The notes under the pieces are model-generated. The model ran no database searches. It saw only the letters and a list, made by a program, of their open reading frames with translations, and had not been told where the DNA came from. From Candidatus Multivoradales bacterium (GTDB lineage: Bacteria > Acidobacteriota > Thermoanaerobaculia > Multivoradales > JAHEKO01): a stretch of DNA of 64,000 bases. Shown piece by piece: positions 58,879 to 64,000 of the stretch (positions within the stretch are counted from its first letter, which is position 1; each line of letters opens with the position of its first letter). The DNA lies in contig CBDCXM010000009.1 of assembly GCA_965223855.1 (NCBI GenBank), positions 1,856,001-1,920,000 on the forward strand. The letters are read 5' to 3'. A program made the translations under genes and the position numbers.

Positions 58879-58992
58879 CGCTTCGGTAGCTGTACGAACC
58901 GACGGCGGAACGAACCTGTCCGTCGCGGTCGCCATCGGCTTCGCCCTGAAGCCTGAACCGCCCACCCCGGGCGAGATGAAACGAGGTTCACG

Positions 58993-59397
58993 ATGAGAGT
59001 CAAGCGCGGAAACAAGCGCACGAACAAGCGCAAGAAGGTCCTGAAGCTAGCCAAGGGCTACTACGGACGGAAGTCGAAGGCCTACAGGGTCGCCAAGGAG
59101 GCGGTCGATCGGGCGGGGCAGTTCGCCTATCGCGACCGCCGCAACAAGAAGCGGTCGTTCCGGCGGCTGTGGATCGTGCGCATCAACGCCGCGGCGCGCC
59201 TCAACGGCATTTCCTACAACCGCCTGATCGAGGGACTCAGGAAGGCGGGCGTCGAGGTCAACCGCAAGATGCTCGCCGATCTCGCGGTGCGCGACCCGCA
59301 GGGCTTTACGCAGTTGGCCGAGATCGCCAAGAAAGAGGTGAGCTCGACGGCGAGCTCCCCGGCGATCGCGGCGGACGCGAGCTCCGAGGAGGAGTAG
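58993..59397 (+). CDS. rplT: 50S ribosomal protein L20
   Basis: MRVKRG...LAKGYYG...[22 protein letters not shown]...NRKMLADLA. Confidence 0.98.
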   Translation: MRVKRGNKRTNKRKKVLKLAKGYYGRKSKAYRVAKEAVDRAGQFAYRDRRNKKRSFRRLWIVRINAAARLNGISYNRLIEGLRKAGVEVNRKMLADLAVRDPQGFTQLAEIAKKEVSSTASSPAIAADASSEEE

Positions 59398-59400
59398 CCG

Positions 59401-60471
59401 ATGGCCGGAGGTGAGACTCCGGACCTTCTGGCGACGATCGAAGCGGATCGCGACCTGTTCGACCAGGAGGTCGAAGAGGCGACGGCTGCGCTCGACGGCG
59501 ACGCTGCCGAGGCCGCTGCCGGCCGCGAGGCGCTGCGCCTTCGCTGGATGGGGCGGAAGAACGGCCGGGTACGGCAGCACCTGAAATCCCTCGGCGCTGC
59601 GGCTCCGGAAGAGCGAGCTGCCCTCGGCAAGGCGATCAATGACCTCAAGACGGAGGTCGACCGCAAGCTCTTCCTCCTGGAGGAGCTTGCGAGTTCCGGC
59701 TCCGGCGGGGCAGAAGCCGGCCTCGACGTCACGCTACCCGGTCGGCGCCCACAGCTCGGCTCGCTCCACCCGGTCTCGATCGTCACCCAGGAGATCGTCG
59801 AGATTTTCGCCTCGATGGGCTACTCGGTCGCCGAGGGGCCGGAGGTGGAAGAGGACTACTACAACTTCGAGGCGCTCAACTTTCCGCCGGATCACCCGGC
59901 GCGCGACACCCAGGACACCTTCTTCGTCGAGGGTGGGAAGCTGCTGCGCACCCACACCTCGCCGGTGCAGATCCGCACGTTGCTCGAGCGCGGCTCGCCG
60001 CCGATCCGGGTGATCTGCCCGGGGCGGGTGTTCCGCAACGACAACGACCTGCGGCACTCGCCGATGTTCCACCAGGTCGAGTGCCTGGTGGTCGATCGGG
60101 GCATCACCTTCGGGCACCTCAAGGGGACGCTCGAGGCGTTCGTCCAGAAGCTCTTCCGGCCCGACACCGGGGTGCGCCTGCGCCCGAGCTACTTCCCGTT
60201 CACCGAGCCGTCGGCGGAAGTCGACATCACCTGTCCCTTCTGCCAGGGGGGCGGCTGCCAGACCTGCTCGAACTCGGGCTGGATGGAGATCCTCGGTTCC
60301 GGGATGGTCGATCCCCGAGTGCTGGTGGAGTGCGGGGTCGATCCTCGCGAGTACAGCGGCTTCGCCTTCGGCCTCGGTCTCGACCGGGTGGCGATGATCC
60401 GCTTCGGTATCCCGAACATCCGGACGCTCTTCGACAACGACGAGCGGCTGTTGCGGCAGGTGAGGGGGTAG
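59401..60471 (+). CDS. pheS: Phenylalanine--tRNA ligase alpha subunit
   Basis: HPARDTQDTF, LRTHTSPVQ, HSPMFHQVE, RPSYFPFTEPS, GFAFGLGLDR. Confidence 0.98.
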   Translation: MAGGETPDLLATIEADRDLFDQEVEEATAALDGDAAEAAAGREALRLRWMGRKNGRVRQHLKSLGAAAPEERAALGKAINDLKTEVDRKLFLLEELASSGSGGAEAGLDVTLPGRRPQLGSLHPVSIVTQEIVEIFASMGYSVAEGPEVEEDYYNFEALNFPPDHPARDTQDTFFVEGGKLLRTHTSPVQIRTLLERGSPPIRVICPGRVFRNDNDLRHSPMFHQVECLVVDRGITFGHLKGTLEAFVQKLFRPDTGVRLRPSYFPFTEPSAEVDITCPFCQGGGCQTCSNSGWMEILGSGMVDPRVLVECGVDPREYSGFAFGLGLDRVAMIRFGIPNIRTLFDNDERLLRQVRG

Positions 60472-60474
60472 GCG

Positions 60475-62537
60475 ATGGATCTGTCGCGTAACTGGATCGG
60501 CCGCTACGTCGAGCTGCCTTCGCTCGACGAGCTGTGCGACGCGCTCACCACCGTCGGCCTGGCGGTCGAGGGGCGCGAGGAGCGGGGTGACGACGTGCTG
60601 CTCGACGTCGACGTGACGACGAACCGGCCGGACTGCATGTGCCATCTCGGTCTCGCGCGCGAAGTGGCGGTGCACCGGGATCTTGCGCTCCAGGTGCCGG
60701 AGGTCGAACTGCACGGAGACCGACGAACAGGCCGCCGACGTGGTGCGGGTGTCGATCGAGGACGGCGAAGGGTGCCGCCGCTTCGTCGCCCGGGTGGTGC
60801 GGGGTGAAGGTCGGGCCGAGCCCGGACTGGCTGCGTGAGGCGCTCGAGTCGATCGGCCAGCGGTCGATCAACAACGTCGTCGACGTCACCAACTTCGTCC
60901 TCTGGGAGAGCGGTCAACCGGTGCACGCGTTCGATCTCGGCAAGCTCGGTGGTGGCGAAATCCGTGTACGTCGGGCGGGAGCCGGAGAGACCCTGACCAC
61001 CCTCGACGGCGAGGAGCGCGAGCTCGACGGCGACCTCGTGGTCGTTGCCGACGCCGAACGCCCCGTGGCGCTCGCAGGCATCATGGGTGGTCTCGACAGC
61101 GAGGTGACGGAGGGGACGGCCGACGTCCTGATCGAGTGCGCCCACTTCGACCCGACCCTGATCGGCAAGGGAGCGCGCAAGCTCGGCATGCACACCGACG
61201 CGAGCCACAGGTTCGAGCGTGGTGCCGACCCGGAGGCGCCGGTGTGGGCCAGCGCCCGCGTCGCCCAGCTGGTTCTCGAAGTCGCAGGCGGAGAGGTTTG
61301 CGCCGGCGCGGTCGACGTCCGCTCCGAGCAGTATCCGCCGGTGCTTGCCGGGCGGCTCGACTTCGACCGACTGCAGGCGTTCTGCGGGCTCGAGCTCGAG
61401 CGTTCGGAGGTGGTGCGGATCCTGACCGGCCTCGGTTTCGGGCTCGACGATCTCGACTCGGAAGGTGGAGACGGCTGGCACGTATCGGTCCCCTCCTGGC
61501 GCTATCACGACATGCGCTACACCTCCGCCGACGGCTCGGTCTACGAGGCCGATCTCTTCGAAGAGGTGCTTCGTCAGGTCAGTTTCGATCGGGTTCCTTC
61601 GGCCCTGCCGCCGTTCGACCTTCCCGACCCGGGCAGCAGCGAGGCGCACCACCGGCGGCAGACGATCCGCCGTCAGCTCGCCGCCAGCGGCCTGGCGGAG
61701 ACGATCAGCTACGCCTTCCACGCCGGCGCCGCCGACGGCAGCTACGGCATCTGGTCGAGGGCGAGCCGGTGCGGCTGGCGAATCCGCTCTCCGAGCTCTA
61801 CGACGTCATGCGGCGCTCGCTTGATGGTGGGGCTGGCGGATCGGGCGCGGTACAACCTTCATCGCCAGGCCGACGCCGTGCGGCTCTTCGAGTGCGGGGT
61901 GGTCTTCCCCGGCCCCGACCTTCCCGAGGTCGAAGTGGTCGGTGTCGTGATGGGCGGCGCGCCCGGCTTCGAGTGGCAGTATCCGCGGACCGAACCGCGG
62001 GTTTTCGACCTCTACGATCTCAAGGGGTGTTTCGAGTCGCTCGCGGAGCGTTTCGGCACACGGTTGGAGGTGGAGCCGGCGGCGCTCCCCGGTGTGATCG
62101 ACGGCACCGGTGGAAGGCTGTCGACCCCCGGAGGAGCCGTGTGCGGCTGGATCGGCCACCTCGATCTCGGCGATGCGCCCTTCCCCGTCTTCGGCGGTGA
62201 ACTCGAAGTCGCGCCGCTCGCCGCGGGCGACCGTTTCGTCGCCGTCGAGACGCCCTCGCGGTTCCCGGCCGTGACGATGGACCTCACCCTCACGCACTCC
62301 GGGAGCACGCCATGGAGTGACTTGCGGGCCGCGGTCGAGCATGCCGGGCAGGAGGACCTCGTCGACTGCCTGTTGAAGGACCGCTACGAGGGCAAGGGTG
62401 TCCCGGAAGGCGCCGTCAACACCACGATCCACTTCGTCTACAATTCAGTCGATCGCTCGCTGACCCAGGAGGAGGTCAACGAGCGGCACCAGCGGCTCTC
62501 GAAGGCCCTCGAAGAGAGGTTCGGCTGGAGCGGCTGA
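60475..62537 (+). CDS. pheT: Phenylalanine--tRNA ligase beta subunit (short form); four apparent indels
   Basis: NRPDC, INNVVDVTNFV, GQPVHAFD, LAGIMGG, TDASHRFERG, LANPLS...MRRSL, SRFPAV..DL, YEGKGVPEG. Frame changes near 60715, 60803, 61751 and 61820. Confidence 0.92.
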
Positions 62538-62572
62538 CCTACGACGCTCGCGCGAACAGGTGGGAGGCAACG

Positions 62573-62842
62573 ATGGCGGCGAACCCCAAGTGGCTCAAGG
62601 ATCTCGACTCGAACGTCGCGGCAGCCGTCAAGGAGCTCGCCAACCTCCGGCGGCAGAACAAGAGCCTCAAGACGCAGCTCGACAAGGCCAAGGCGGCGAC
62701 CTCGGCGGCCGAGAAGAAGGCCAAGGCAGCCGCTGCAACCGCTGCAGAGCCCGACCCGCAGATCGAGGCGTGGAAGACCGAGCGCAAGGAAGTGCGGCGC
62801 AGAGTCGTGCGGCTGGCGAAGAAGCTCGAAGAGCTGGCCTGA
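62573..62842 (+). CDS. Small coiled-coil protein (ZapB-like position downstream of pheT)
   Basis: GGGAGG RBS; heptad pattern LDSNV..AVKEL..LRRQNKSL; W..ERKEVR.RV..L..KL. Confidence 0.65.
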   Translation: MAANPKWLKDLDSNVAAAVKELANLRRQNKSLKTQLDKAKAATSAAEKKAKAAAATAAEPDPQIEAWKTERKEVRRRVVRLAKKLEELA

Positions 62843-62978
62843 CGGCCCTCCGCTGAATCCGGCGCGCTGAGATCGGACGCCGAGGCCAGGCGGCTGACTC
62901 GTTCGCCCGAGGCCGGTCCGCGCATGCCGGGAGGCTGCGTGAGCTCCCTGGTGGAGCAGGGCCTACCCGAAGCCGTTC

Positions 62979-63004
62979 GGAACTTCCGTTCTCCTGACTG
63001 CGTA
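62979..63004 (+). promoter_or_regulatory. Candidate ECF sigma factor promoter
   Basis: GGAAC-N17-CGTA, 25 bp upstream of the DUF4097 gene start; GAGGAGG RBS. Confidence 0.5.
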
Positions 63005-63029
63005 GATTGCCTCAGAGGAGGAACGTCCG

Positions 63030-63989
63030 ATGCCTGAATCACGCCTGTCCCGACTTCGCCCGGCCGCCCGGCTGATCGTCCTGTCCGCCTTGCTGCCGGT
63101 CGTCCCGGCGACGGCCGCCGTCGCCGGTACCGTCGACCGCGAGTACTCCGAGTCGTTCGACGTCTCCCCGGGAGCGACCCTGCGGCTCTTCCACGACGAC
63201 GGCGACGCGACGATCACGCCATGGTCCGAGGATCGGCTCGAGGTCGTCGTCCGCTACCACGTCGTATCGCGCGGCATCGGAGGGCCGCGCGACTTCGAGG
63301 TCGACTTCGACCGCTCGGGCGACACGATCACCGTGGAGGGGCGGGAGATCGGTAGCAACCTGTCGTTCGGCAGCTCCCGGACCCACGAGTACACGTACGC
63401 GGTGAAGGCGCCGTCGTACGTCACCCTCGAGCTCTCGGGCGACGACGGGGACGTCGCCGTCCGTGGCTGGGAGGCTCCGATCGACATCGACATCGAGGAC
63501 GGCGACGTCAGGATCGACGGCCTCGACGGCGACCTATCGGTGAAGAGCGACGACGGCGATCTCGAGCTGTCGGACATCCGCGCCGGCAGCGCGACGGTGA
63601 TGCTGCAGGACGGCGACGTATTCCTGCGCGGAGGCTCCGGAGAATGGAGGCTCACCCTCGATGATGGCGATTTCGACGCCACCGGGCTGGAGGCGACCGC
63701 GCTCGACATCGAGACGTCCGACGGCGACGTGGACATCGAACTCGCTCCGACCGCGAGACTCGAGGCCAGCGTTCGCACCAGCGACGGCGATGTGACGATC
63801 GTCCTTCCGCCGTCAGCGGCACTCGAGTTCGAGATCGAAGTCGACGACGGCCGGGTCTCGCTGCCGGACTCGGGGGCGATCGTCGGCAGTCGCAGCGGGG
63901 ACCGCACTCTCGGGCGAGTTGGCGACGGCAGCGGCGGCCGGCTCGACATCCGCACCCGCGACGGGAACGTCACACTGCGGGATCAGTAG
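63030..63989 (+). CDS. DUF4097-family beta-strand repeat protein (secreted)
   Basis: Signal peptide; ~20-aa repeats with (T/S/D)xDGD(V/L)x(I/L); ends IRTRDGNVTL. Confidence 0.85.
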   Translation: MPESRLSRLRPAARLIVLSALLPVVPATAAVAGTVDREYSESFDVSPGATLRLFHDDGDATITPWSEDRLEVVVRYHVVSRGIGGPRDFEVDFDRSGDTITVEGREIGSNLSFGSSRTHEYTYAVKAPSYVTLELSGDDGDVAVRGWEAPIDIDIEDGDVRIDGLDGDLSVKSDDGDLELSDIRAGSATVMLQDGDVFLRGGSGEWRLTLDDGDFDATGLEATALDIETSDGDVDIELAPTARLEASVRTSDGDVTIVLPPSAALEFEIEVDDGRVSLPDSGAIVGSRSGDRTLGRVGDGSGGRLDIRTRDGNVTLRDQ

Positions 63990-64000
63990 TCGGCTGCACT

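Noticed and set aside
62843-63029. 6S RNA downstream of the pheT/ZapB-like gene
   Set aside because: The position is suggestive but zapA is absent, no rod-with-central-bubble pairing is evident, and the 3' part is better explained as promoter and RBS.
1-64000. CRISPR array or cas genes
   Set aside because: The recurrent GACxxCGACGGCGAC strings are codons of DxDGD Ca-binding motifs, not repeat-spacer arrays; no cas-like ORFs were seen.

Overview
High-GC bacterial DNA, most likely Acidobacteriota (inferred from the acidobacterial-type secreted VWA proteins, the Oar-like TonB receptor and a short PheT). About 54 kb (231-55115) is a dense cluster of exported-protein genes. It holds 12 paralogous FG-GAP/CRTAC1 (ASPIC-UnbV) beta-propeller genes in about 5 subfamilies and at least 4 stand-alone TPR proteins. 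It also holds 2 sulfatase-fold/TPR lipoproteins with Thr instead of Cys/Ser at the nucleophile, a TonB-dependent receptor with a TPR partner, a transglutaminase-TPR/DUF3179/2xVWA unit, a beta-helix protein and a membrane-anchored MntR/DtxR-FeoA + FeoB pair. The last 9 kb is core genome: two tRNA-Val, thrS, an M50 protease where infC normally lies, rpmI, rplT, pheS, pheT (four apparent indels), a coiled-coil ORF and a DUF4097 gene. Two families of palindromic non-coding elements were found. Product calls come from motif recognition by eye, not from database searches. Several start codons are estimates.
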